Of a DNA stretch of 31,796 bases, positions 1-8,235 are shown in pieces. The notes under the pieces are model-generated. The model was given only the letters and a program-made list of their open reading frames with translations. It ran no database searches and had not been told where the DNA came from. The first letter of the stretch is position 1; each line of letters opens with the position of its first letter. The translations under genes and the position numbers were made by a program. The stretch lies in assembly GCA_037441385.1 (NCBI GenBank), contig JBBISH010000079.1:1-31796 (forward strand), written 5' to 3'. Source of the stretch: Myxococcales bacterium. Lineage in GTDB: Bacteria; Myxococcota_A; UBA9042.

Positions 1-2412
1 GTGGCGGTGAATTGTGACGATGGGAATGGTTGTACTACGGACAGTTGCAATGCGGCGGTGGGGTGTCAGTTCGTCAACAACACGGCGGTTTGCGACGACG
101 GCAGTGTGTGCACGGTTGGGGACAAGTGTGGCGGCGGCGTTTGTCTGCCCGGGGCGGCGACCGTGTGCAACGATGGGAATGGGTGTACGGATGATTCTTG
201 CGACAAGGTGAAGGGGTGTCAGTTTGTGAACAACACGGCGACGTGTGACGATGGCAGCCCATGCACGGTGGGCGAAGTCTGCGCAAGCGGAGCTTGTGTT
301 GGCGGCAAGCCGATTCTCTTCGGACCGACCAAGTTCGGCGGGACAGGAGCGGACCTGTTTTCTGCGGTGGTTGAGTTGCCTAATGGATACCTTGCGGCGG
401 GTGAGACAACGGCAAAGGGTGCGGGCGGAAAGGATATGTGGCTGGTCGCAACAGACAAGCAGGGTTCTGTCATGTGGGAAAAGACATGGGGTTGGATCAA
501 ATCTGACTCGGCTCGAGCCATCGTTGCAGTGGTCGATGGTGCGGTCGTGGCGGGCAAGTCCGACGCGGAAGAATATCCTGGTGGAGCGGTAGGTGTGCCC
601 GTGCTCATCAAGTTCGACAATCTGGGGAATTTCCAGTGGAGTCGACCATTCGGGCCGAATTATTCCGGCACAATCGAGGCTTCCTACTTTCGAGTCCTCA
701 CGAACTCAACTGGCTTGGTTGCTGTGGGTGCCGCCCAAGTGCCCAATCACGGCAACGACTTCTTGCTTGTCCAGGCTGATTTCGACGGCAAAACGCTTTG
801 GTCCAAGACTTATGGCGGCGGTAACTACGAGCGGGCCAACGATGTACTAGTGCTGCAAGACGGATTCGTCATAGTGGGGGAAACCATGTCGAAGGGTGCT
901 GGTCAAGCAGACTTCTGGATGGTCCGAACGGACGAACTTGGCAATGTGCTGTGGGATCAGACGTTTGGGGGGGGCGATTACGACCAAGCATATGGAATAA
1001 CGGCGGTACCGGGCGGGTACCTGCTGACGGGAAACACGTTGAGTATTGGGGCGGGGAAGGTTGATCTTTGGCAGGTGCGCACGGATTCTGCAGGGGCAAT
1101 CATTTCAAGCAAGACATTCGGCGGCGCCGACGACGATCAAGGGTACAGGCACTCCAGCTACGGCGAAGACTTTGTGTTCACAGCCCAGACGAAATCATGG
1201 GGTACAGGAGGGTACGACGCGTGGATTCGAGTCGGGAACTCGGACGGGGCGACAGTCTGGGAACGCCTGTTTGGCGGCCCCCTAAACGACCGTCTTGGGG
1301 CAGTGGTACCCCTTTCGGGCGGACTGGTCATGGCGGGCTTTACTGACCAAGTCGCTGGCGGGACGTCGGCCGGGTGGCTAGTTCGCGCCGACTCGTGGGG
1401 CAACGCGAGCTGTTCAGAGTCCGGACCCTGCGCACCGAAGAAACTCTCCGACTGCGCCGACACCAATCCCTGCACAGCTGACCTTTGCGACGCCGCGCAC
1501 AACGGCTGCTACCACACTGCCCTGCCCATTGGCTCGCCTTGCGCGCCGGGCAAGATGTGCAATGGTTCCGCGGCCTGCTCGATTGCACCGCCGGCCGGCA
1601 TGACGTTTGTCCCCGGCGGCACGTTCTGGATGGGGTGCAACGATTCGGGCTGCTCCGGCCCGTCCGACGAGAAGCCACAGCACAAAGTGACGCTGTCCCC
1701 GTACTACATCGACACCACCGAGGTCACCGTCGCCGAGTACACCAAGTGCTACGCGGCCGGCCAGTGCGCGGAGCCATTCGGCGACAGCAAGTCGCAGATG
1801 TGCAATTGGGACCAGGTGGGACACAAGGCCAAGCCGGGCCGCGACCAACACCCGGTCAACTGCTTGAGTTGGAAGGAGTCGCAGAAGTACTGCAAGTGGC
1901 GCGGAGGTCAACTCGACGGGTCCAACGGCAGCAAGTACGATTTGCCGACGGAGGCCCAATGGGAGATGGCTGCGCGAGGGGATTGCGAAAGAAACGGCAA
2001 GGCGGCGACCGACGACTCCGGGTGCGCCGCTGCTATGCGAATGTACCCGTGGGGTAGCCAGACAGCGACATGTGCCCATGCTTCCATTTATGACGGTGTC
2101 GCATTTGGGTGCGGCACGAACGCCACCTTCCCGGTCGCCAGTAAGGTTGCCGGAGATAGCCCGTATGGGCTTCACGACATGGCAGGAAACGTCGACGAGT
2201 TCGTCCTCGATTGGTATCTCTTTGGCTACTACCAGAATTCGCCCACGACGGATCCAGTGAACGCTGTCCCGCCGCAATACGGCCAGCGGGTGGTCCGCGG
2301 GAGCGACTTCTCGGACTATGCAATTGCGGTCCGGTCCTCGCAGCGCAGAAGCACCGATCCAAGCAACGCCAACTACACTACCGGCCTCCGCTGCGCCCGA
2401 ACCTACCCCTAA
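1..2412 (+). CDS. Large mosaic secreted/surface-type protein, 5'-truncated by the window: Cys-rich CDDGNxCTxDxC repeats + 7-blade beta-propeller-like repeats + C-terminal FGE-sulfatase (SUMF1/EgtB/PvdO, C-type lectin fold) domain
   Basis: Open frame from base 1 (the GTG is probably an internal Val). Has CDDGNGCTTDSC-type repeats, seven ~50-aa W-x-K-T-x-GG...D-x-W-x-V-x-x-D-x-x-G repeats (~320-1410), and FGE motifs GMTFVPGGTFWMG, DEKPQHKV, LPTEAQWEMAARG, YPWG, DMAGNVDE, RVVRG, GLRCA (~1590-2409). Confidence 0.9.
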   Translation: MAVNCDDGNGCTTDSCNAAVGCQFVNNTAVCDDGSVCTVGDKCGGGVCLPGAATVCNDGNGCTDDSCDKVKGCQFVNNTATCDDGSPCTVGEVCASGACVGGKPILFGPTKFGGTGADLFSAVVELPNGYLAAGETTAKGAGGKDMWLVATDKQGSVMWEKTWGWIKSDSARAIVAVVDGAVVAGKSDAEEYPGGAVGVPVLIKFDNLGNFQWSRPFGPNYSGTIEASYFRVLTNSTGLVAVGAAQVPNHGNDFLLVQADFDGKTLWSKTYGGGNYERANDVLVLQDGFVIVGETMSKGAGQADFWMVRTDELGNVLWDQTFGGGDYDQAYGITAVPGGYLLTGNTLSIGAGKVDLWQVRTDSAGAIISSKTFGGADDDQGYRHSSYGEDFVFTAQTKSWGTGGYDAWIRVGNSDGATVWERLFGGPLNDRLGAVVPLSGGLVMAGFTDQVAGGTSAGWLVRADSWGNASCSESGPCAPKKLSDCADTNPCTADLCDAAHNGCYHTALPIGSPCAPGKMCNGSAACSIAPPAGMTFVPGGTFWMGCNDSGCSGPSDEKPQHKVTLSPYYIDTTEVTVAEYTKCYAAGQCAEPFGDSKSQMCNWDQVGHKAKPGRDQHPVNCLSWKESQKYCKWRGGQLDGSNGSKYDLPTEAQWEMAARGDCERNGKAATDDSGCAAAMRMYPWGSQTATCAHASIYDGVAFGCGTNATFPVASKVAGDSPYGLHDMAGNVDEFVLDWYLFGYYQNSPTTDPVNAVPPQYGQRVVRGSDFSDYAIAVRSSQRRSTDPSNANYTTGLRCARTYP
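13..300 (+). repeat. Intragenic tandem repeat, 153-nt (51-aa) period, Cys-rich units
   Basis: gatgggaatgg at 19 and 172; ggggtgtcagtt and aacaacacggcg recur at the same offset; peptide CxDGNGCTxDSC..GCQFVNNTAxCDDGSxCTVG occurs twice. Confidence 0.85.
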
Positions 2413-2428
2413 CCAACCCCAGGAAACC

Positions 2429-3217
2429 ATGCAACCTCCTGAAACCCAAATCCCCCTCTCCACCATCCACGACACCTCCCCCGAGTTCGCCACCCGCCTA
2501 GACCTCCACCCCAGCGACCTCGCCGCCGACCTCGAAGCCAACGGCCAGATCAACGCCATCCACCTCTGGTCCACCACCGGCGAGCCCCCGTACCTCATCC
2601 TCGCCGGCCACCGCCGCACCGCCGCCGCCAAGCTGCTGCAATGGCCGACGATCCGCGCCATCGTCCACCAGGGCCTGCCCCGCAACGACGCCTGGCGCCT
2701 GGCCTGGCAAGACAATGCCGCCCGCCGGTCCCTGACCGCCAGCGACCGCCAATGGACCGTCGCCCGGCTGCTCGCCGAGGGCCACAACCAGGCCACGGTG
2801 GCGGCGATGCTGGGCGTCAGCAAGTCGGTGGTGTCGCGCGACGCCGGCTGGCTGCAGCTGCCGCAGGTGGTCCGCGACCAGGTCGGCGAGCAGGGCTTCA
2901 GCCACGGCCACGCGGTGGCGCTCATCGACCAACTGGGCACGCTGTCGGCGGCGGCGATGCACAAGCTGGTCGAGGCCTACCGCAAGGACCCGTGTGAGCG
3001 CGAGGAGTTCCGCAAGCGGACCCTGCAAGCCGCGCGCACCGGTCGGGTCCGCTGGCCCAAGGCGGCCAAGGTGAGCGGCGACAGGCTGACTTTGGACCTG
3101 GCCGCGCTGCGGGCCGACGACCTCAGCGACAGCCAACGCGAGCAGCTGGTGGCGCTGCTGCAGCGGGCGTTGGCGGCGGTGGTCGTGCCGCCGGTTGCGG
3201 TGGCGGGCGAGGAGTAG
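2429..3217 (+). CDS. Orphan ParB/RepB/Spo0J-family protein (CTP-binding N-domain + HTH + C-terminal region), 262 aa
   Basis: ATG at 2429 after AGGA. Box I-like LAADLEANGQINAI, Box II ILAGHRR, DNAARRSL (ENxxRxxL-like), and HTH NQATVAAMLGVSKSVVSR followed by LPQVVRDQV...SHGHA. Confidence 0.88.
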   Translation: MQPPETQIPLSTIHDTSPEFATRLDLHPSDLAADLEANGQINAIHLWSTTGEPPYLILAGHRRTAAAKLLQWPTIRAIVHQGLPRNDAWRLAWQDNAARRSLTASDRQWTVARLLAEGHNQATVAAMLGVSKSVVSRDAGWLQLPQVVRDQVGEQGFSHGHAVALIDQLGTLSAAAMHKLVEAYRKDPCEREEFRKRTLQAARTGRVRWPKAAKVSGDRLTLDLAALRADDLSDSQREQLVALLQRALAAVVVPPVAVAGEE

Positions 3218-3226
3218 CCGGGCCAA

Positions 3227-3244
3227 GAGTTGCGCGCGCAACTC
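3227..3244. promoter_or_regulatory. Perfect 18-bp palindrome GAGTTGCGCGCGCAACTC, candidate parS-like ParB loading site
   Basis: Exact inverted symmetry, 9 bp after the parB stop. The 16-bp core AGTTGCGCGCGCAACT keeps the GTT-N-C-N-CG-N-G-N-AAC skeleton of parS (TGTTTCACGTGAAACA). Confidence 0.6.
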
Positions 3245-3358
3245 GGGGTCTAGCGCCTTGAAGTTGCAGCGGGTTTTGGAAATGGAGTGCGGTTTGGCGA
3301 TTTCAGCTCAGTATCTTGGCATGCACCTGAACCGTGTAACGTCATGATCTTGTCCGAC

Positions 3359-3417
3359 ACCCCTTCGCCCAAAGCTTTGGGAGAAGGGGTCGCGCCGGAG
3401 GCGCGGGGGATGAGGGC
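3359..3417. repeat. REP-like extragenic palindromic element (CCCTCATCC...CCCCTTCTCCC...GGG.GAAGGGG type on the minus strand)
   Basis: 32-bp palindrome at 3359-3390 (ACCCCTTCGCCCAAAG|CTTTGGGAGAAGGGGT, one mismatched pair), then hairpin CGCGCC-GGA-GGCGCG and GGGGATGAGGGC. Confidence 0.65.
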
Positions 3418-3444
3418 CTCGAGCGCCGCGGCGATCACCCGACC

Positions 3445-3473
3445 TTGCCCCAACCCCGCGCGACCGCTACTCT
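3445..3473 (+). promoter_or_regulatory. Putative sigma70-type promoter of the TA operon
   Basis: TTGCCC-17 bp-TACTCT, followed by AGGAGG (3481-3486) and ATG at 3493. Confidence 0.55.
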
Positions 3474-3492
3474 GATTCGCAGGAGGCCCCCG

Positions 3493-3717
3493 ATGGACTG
3501 GCACGAGCGTATCACCCTGGAACCCGGCAAGCGGTCGGGCAAGCCCTGCATCCGCAACCTGCGCATCACGGTCGGCGACGTGCTCGGCTGGCTGGCCTCT
3601 GGGATGAGCTACGCCGAGATCCTCTCCGATTTCCCAGAGCTCGAGCAGGCTGACATCTTGGCGTGCCTGGCTTGGGCGGCCGAACGCGAGCACTCAACGT
3701 GGAGCGCGGCGGCGTGA
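3493..3717 (+). CDS. DUF433-family antitoxin (VapB45-like)
   Basis: MDWHERITLEPGKRSGKPCIRNLRITVGDVLGWLASGMSYAEILSDFPELEQADILACL is the typical DUF433 pattern; strong SD. Confidence 0.92.
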   Translation: MDWHERITLEPGKRSGKPCIRNLRITVGDVLGWLASGMSYAEILSDFPELEQADILACLAWAAEREHSTWSAAA

Positions 3718-4052
3718 AGCTCTTGCTTGACCAGCACTTGTCGCGGCGCTTGGTAGTGCGGTTGGCCTGGGCGTTCCCGGGAACCATGCACACCTCGGAC
3801 CTCGGCCTGTCCTGCGCGGACGATATCGCGATTTGGCACCGGGCGCGGATTGACGGGTTCGTGCTGGTCACCAAAGATTCGGACTATGCGGCACTTTCTG
3901 TCCGATTCGGTCGCCCGCCGCTGGTCGCCTGGCTGCGTGTGCCAAACTGCGACGTTGCTTCCCTGGAGGCCTTGCTGCTCCAAAGCAGTGACCGTCTGCA
4001 AGCTGCGGAGGCAGACTTGGCGGTCGCCGTGATCGAAATTCGCGGCCGCTAG
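3714..4052 (+). CDS. DUF5615 PIN-like toxin (VapC45-like)
   Basis: GTGA overlap with the antitoxin stop. Motifs KLLLDQHLS, GLSCADDIAIW, VLVTKDSDY, PPLVAWLRVPN. Confidence 0.9.
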   Translation: MKLLLDQHLSRRLVVRLAWAFPGTMHTSDLGLSCADDIAIWHRARIDGFVLVTKDSDYAALSVRFGRPPLVAWLRVPNCDVASLEALLLQSSDRLQAAEADLAVAVIEIRGR

Positions 4053-4153
4053 CCGCCAACCTCGCGGGGAACAAGCCCCTCCACCCAGTTGCACCCAGCC
4101 CCCAACCTTGCCATCCTACCCAGCTTCAGGCCCTTTGCCCGCCAGCTGCCGCG

Positions 4154-7100
4154 ATGACCGCCAACCCCACCGTAGACGACCGCTTCGAGCTGCACAGCAT
4201 TGCCGGGCGCGGCGGCATGGGCATCGTCTATCGCGCCTCGGACCGGGCCACCGGCCGCGAGGTCGCGGTCAAGGTGCTGCAGGCCAGCGACGCCGAAGCC
4301 AGCGAGCGATTCCTGCGCGAAGCGCTGGTGTTGGCGACCATGGCCCACCCCGGTATCGTCCGGCACGTGGCCCACGGTTACACCGCGGCGGGCGAGCCCT
4401 ACCTGGCGATGGAGTGGCTGACGGGCGAGGACTTGTCCGAGCGCCTGGATCGGGGCCGACTGGGCATCGACGAGACGGTCCATCTTGGCGCCGATATTGC
4501 AGAATCGCTGGCCTATGCCCACGGCCAGGGCGTCGTCCACCGCGACCTGAAGCCGGCGAACGTCTTCTTGCTCGAGCGGTCGCTCAAGGACGTGCGGCTG
4601 CTGGATTTTGGCATCGCCCACCTGCAGAGCGGCGAGTCCGAGGCGACCCGCACGGGTACGGTGATCGGCACGCCCGCCTACATGGCCCCCGAGCAGGCCC
4701 GCGGCGAGCGCGGTTTGGACGGGCGGGCTGACCTCTTTTCGCTTGGTTGCGTGCTGTACGAGTGCTTGACTGGGCGGGCGCCGTTCGTGGCCGCCTCGGC
4801 GATGGCGGTGCTCATCAAGGTGCTGCTGGAAGAGCCGCCGCCCCTGAGCGAGCTGCGCCGCGACGCACCCCAGGGCCTGGTGCGGCTGGTCGAGCGGCTG
4901 CTGGCCAAGGATCCGGCCGATCGGCCGGCCAGCGCCGAGTTGACCCGCGCCGCCCTGACCGATGTGGTGCTGCTGCAGGCGCCCGCGGACCCAGCGGGCC
5001 CGGTGGTGGCGCTGACCCAGAGCGAGCGGCGGGTGGTCACCTTGCTCGTCGTGGCCAATCCTTGGCCCAAGTCGGCCGAGGTCGAGCCGCAAGATCAGGC
5101 GACGCGTCGCGATTTGGTCCCCGCGGACGCGCCCACTACGGTGCTGGACCGGCCGGCCGACGAGGGCGACGAGGGGGCGACCCTGCAAGTGGTGCCGATG
5201 GGCCCGCTGCTGCAGCTACAGCGCCGGCTAGGGGCAATCGGCCTGCGCTTGCATCGGCTGCTCGACGGTACGTTGCTGGCCCTGGCGCACAGCCGCGCCA
5301 CACCGGCCGAACAAGCCGCGTTGGCGGCCGAGGGCGCGCTGCTGCTGCGCGAGCGCATCCCGCGGTTGACCGCTGTGATTGCGACCGGTTACGGCACGTC
5401 CAACGCCCAAGACGGCGGCGAAGTGGCGATCGGCGCGGCCATCGAAGCGGCGGCGGATGCGCTGCGCGACCTGGTGGCGGCCAATTCCGGGCTCGTCGCG
5501 CTGGACGACAACACCGTGAGCCTGCTGGGGGATCGCTTCGCCATCGACGCCGAGACCGGCCTGGCGCCGCCCTTTGCGTGGCGTCTGGGGCGCGGGCCGC
5601 AGTCTTCGCGGACCAAGCATTTGCTGCTGGGCAAGCCGACGCCCTTGGCGGGTCGCGGCCGAGAACTGGCCATTTTTCGGGCTCTTTTTGACTGCCTGGC
5701 GCACGACGGCGGCACCAAGGTGCTGGTCACGGGCGATCCTGGCTATGGCAAGTCGCGACTGCTCGAAGAGTTTGCCCAGTGGGTCGAGCACAATCACCGC
5801 GAGGCCCAGGTCTGGCGGCTTCGTTCCGAGGCCGGTGCGCAAGATTCGCCTTATGCGTCGTTGGGTTCCTTGCTCACCCAAACGGCGGGCCTCCAGGCCG
5901 GCATGGGCGACGCCGAGCGGACCCAGCGCGTACGCGTGCGGGTGGCGCGGCTGGTACCTGCCGATGAGCGCGAAGCCGTGATGGATCTGGCGCGGGCGAC
6001 CCTGGGCATCGATCCCGGCGGCGCGTCGCAACGCCTGCGCGCGGCCCGCGAAGACTCCAGCTTGATGGCGGACTTGGTGCGCGACGGCTTTGCGGCGTGG
6101 TTGCGGGCCGAGGCGGCCCAGGCGCCCCTGGTGGTGGTGGTCGACGACTTGCAGTGGATCGACGCGCCGTCGCTGCACGCCATCCGGCTGGTGCACGAGG
6201 CGGTGTCGGACGAGCCCGCGCTGTTCGTGGGCGTGGCGCGGTCCGAGATCTACGAGCGGTTCACGTTCCTCCGTGGCAATCCGCGGGTTTGGCACGTGCA
6301 TCTGGGGCCGCTGTCGCCGCGGGCCTGCCGCGAAGTCATTACGGCGGTGCTGGGCGAAGGCGTGGCAGCCGAACAGGTCGACAACCTGACCCGGCTGGCG
6401 GCCGGCGAACCCTTCTACTTGGAAGAGCTTTTGCGGGCGGTGGCGACGGGCAAGCAGGCGCAGGCGACCACGTTGCTGGCGATGGCCCAGGCACGCATCG
6501 ACGCCCTGAGCCCCGACGCGCGGCGTGTTTTGCGGGCTTCGGCCGTGTTTGGGATGCGGTGTTGGTCCGAGGGCGTGGCGGCGCTGGTCGGCGCACAGAT
6601 TCGCCAGCAACTGCGCGAGCTCGCCGCGGCCGAGATCTTGGGGTCGGCAGACCGCAACACCCTGCAGGGTCAACATGAACTGGTGTTCCGCCAGGCGTCG
6701 CTCCGCGATGCCGCCTATGCCAGCCTGACCGACTCGGACCGCCAGTTGGGGCACCGCTTGGCCGGCGAGTACTTGCAGAAAGTTGGCGAGACCGATGCGG
6801 TAGTCCTGGCGCGCCACTTCGACCTGGGGCACGACCCCGAGCGCGCGCAGATGTTCTACGGTCTCGCGGCCGAAAGTGCCCTGGCCGCCCACGACTACGC
6901 CGCTGCGCGCCACTGGGTGGACCGCGGTTTGCAGTTCGATGTGCCTGGCGAGAGCCGCGCGCGCTTGCACCTGGCGCAGGCGGACCTGGCGATGACGGTG
7001 GGCCAGCCGATGAACGCCTTGGTCACGGCCCAAGCGGCCGCCGATGGCTTCCAACCGGGGACGCGGCACTGGTATCGCGCGATGGCCGAGGTGGGGCGAG

Positions 7101-8122
7101 CGCTGGTGTACTCGGCGCAGGTGCTCCGGGTGGCGCCGCTGGTCCAGGCGTTCCTGTACCCAACGCCCGAGCCGACTTCGTACGAGGGCGCTGTGTTTGC
7201 CGCCGCGCGGCTGGCGGTGAACGTGATGTTCGCCGACCAGATTGGCCCGGCCGACCAACTGATCGCCTTTGCCGAGGATCTGCAACGCCGCGCCGATCCT
7301 CCGATTGGTGTGGCAGCCCGAGCGCGGTTGGCGGGTGCGGCGTCCTCGCGGCTGGCCCTGTATGGCGACCTGGGCGACGCCCTGCGGGCCACGCAACAGG
7401 CGCTGACGGGGTTTGCCAGCATCGCCGACCGCCGCAACGCCGCTGCCCAGCGCCTGGATTTGGGCGTGATGCTGCTTCGCATCGGCGATCACGTCCGCGG
7501 CGAACTGGAAATCCGCCAGGCGACGGACGAGTTGCAGACCCTGGGCTTGCCGGGTACCGCCGGCGTTGGGCGCGTCTGGCTGGGCGTGGCCAACTGGCGG
7601 GCCGGTCGCGATGTCCAAGCGCAGGCGTTGCTCGAGGGAGCGATCGGCGAACTGGCCGACGGCGGCGTCGCGCTGACCCGGAGCTGGGCGCTGGCGGCGT
7701 TGGTCAGCCTGCACTTGCGGGCCGGGGCACTGGCCCAGGCCGATGCCCACCTGCAGCAGCTTCAGGCAATGGTCCGCGGCGCGCCGCCGATGTGGTCGCA
7801 GGCTGCGGCGCTCACCGCCGAGGTTCGCCTGGCCCAAGGGCGCCTGACAGAGGCTCTAGAAGCCGCAAAAAGTGCTCTGCAAATCTGGCGCGAGGGGGTC
7901 CCCAGTTCCGAGCGGGCCTTGCGCGCCCTCGCCGTCTTGGCCGAAGTGCAAGCCGCCTGTGGTCAGCGCGACGACGCCCGCGCTGCCGCCGACCAAGGCC
8001 TGGCGATGGCCGCCAAGATCCGCCGCAGCCTGCAGGACCCGCAACTCGAGGCGTGCTTCGACGTCAGCGGCGAGGTGGTGCGTCTCAACCGCGTCGCCTC
8101 CCGCATGCTGGGTATTGCGTAG
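4154..8122 (+). CDS. Ser/Thr protein kinase fused to a degenerate cyclase-like region, STAND-type AAA ATPase and TPR-like helical C-terminus
   Basis: Kinase motifs GRGGMGIVY, VAVK, HRDLKPAN, DFG, YMAPE, DLFSLG. Linker SERRVVTLLVV. GRGRE, Walker A GDPGYGKS, Walker B VVVVDDLQWID, GEPFYLEE. Ala/Leu-rich repeat C-terminus. Confidence 0.92.
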   Translation: MTANPTVDDRFELHSIAGRGGMGIVYRASDRATGREVAVKVLQASDAEASERFLREALVLATMAHPGIVRHVAHGYTAAGEPYLAMEWLTGEDLSERLDRGRLGIDETVHLGADIAESLAYAHGQGVVHRDLKPANVFLLERSLKDVRLLDFGIAHLQSGESEATRTGTVIGTPAYMAPEQARGERGLDGRADLFSLGCVLYECLTGRAPFVAASAMAVLIKVLLEEPPPLSELRRDAPQGLVRLVERLLAKDPADRPASAELTRAALTDVVLLQAPADPAGPVVALTQSERRVVTLLVVANPWPKSAEVEPQDQATRRDLVPADAPTTVLDRPADEGDEGATLQVVPMGPLLQLQRRLGAIGLRLHRLLDGTLLALAHSRATPAEQAALAAEGALLLRERIPRLTAVIATGYGTSNAQDGGEVAIGAAIEAAADALRDLVAANSGLVALDDNTVSLLGDRFAIDAETGLAPPFAWRLGRGPQSSRTKHLLLGKPTPLAGRGRELAIFRALFDCLAHDGGTKVLVTGDPGYGKSRLLEEFAQWVEHNHREAQVWRLRSEAGAQDSPYASLGSLLTQTAGLQAGMGDAERTQRVRVRVARLVPADEREAVMDLARATLGIDPGGASQRLRAAREDSSLMADLVRDGFAAWLRAEAAQAPLVVVVDDLQWIDAPSLHAIRLVHEAVSDEPALFVGVARSEIYERFTFLRGNPRVWHVHLGPLSPRACREVITAVLGEGVAAEQVDNLTRLAAGEPFYLEELLRAVATGKQAQATTLLAMAQARIDALSPDARRVLRASAVFGMRCWSEGVAALVGAQIRQQLRELAAAEILGSADRNTLQGQHELVFRQASLRDAAYASLTDSDRQLGHRLAGEYLQKVGETDAVVLARHFDLGHDPERAQMFYGLAAESALAAHDYAAARHWVDRGLQFDVPGESRARLHLAQADLAMTVGQPMNALVTAQAAADGFQPGTRHWYRAMAEVGRALVYSAQVLRVAPLVQAFLYPTPEPTSYEGAVFAAARLAVNVMFADQIGPADQLIAFAEDLQRRADPPIGVAARARLAGAASSRLALYGDLGDALRATQQALTGFASIADRRNAAAQRLDLGVMLLRIGDHVRGELEIRQATDELQTLGLPGTAGVGRVWLGVANWRAGRDVQAQALLEGAIGELADGGVALTRSWALAALVSLHLRAGALAQADAHLQQLQAMVRGAPPMWSQAAALTAEVRLAQGRLTEALEAAKSALQIWREGVPSSERALRALAVLAEVQAACGQRDDARAAADQGLAMAAKIRRSLQDPQLEACFDVSGEVVRLNRVASRMLGIA

Positions 8123-8235
8123 GATTGCCGATCGCGTCGTCAGGAATGTCCCTGCAAAGTCAGCCAGTAGAAAATGGCCGCCATCGTGATCGGAGCGGTG
8201 ATGCGACGCAATGAGGTGGGTCCGGCCCTGCGGGT

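Noticed and set aside
2407..2428. CCCTAAC at the first gene's stop as an integron attC inverse core
   Set aside because: Imperfect RYYYAAC, no downstream palindrome or GTTRRRY core, and no integrase.
2831..2844. Palindrome GTCGCGCGAC inside the ParB HTH coding sequence as a second binding site
   Set aside because: The same 10-mer occurs by chance in the EF-G gene (~18702) and is expected in GC-rich DNA.
3250..4053. CTAGC direct repeats flanking the REP-TA segment as a target-site duplication, and TTGTCCGACACCC as an IS end
   Set aside because: CTAG(C) recurs at several ordinary stop codons in the window (8236, 14381). No matching inverted repeat or transposase was found.
5228..7837. Long antisense or alternative-frame ORFs (e.g. 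5228-7837, 15663-17603, 17932-20280, 1414-2964, and the upstream extension of 20277-22298)
   Set aside because: Shadow ORFs of real genes in high-GC DNA, with Arg/Gly/Pro-rich low-information translations and no motifs.
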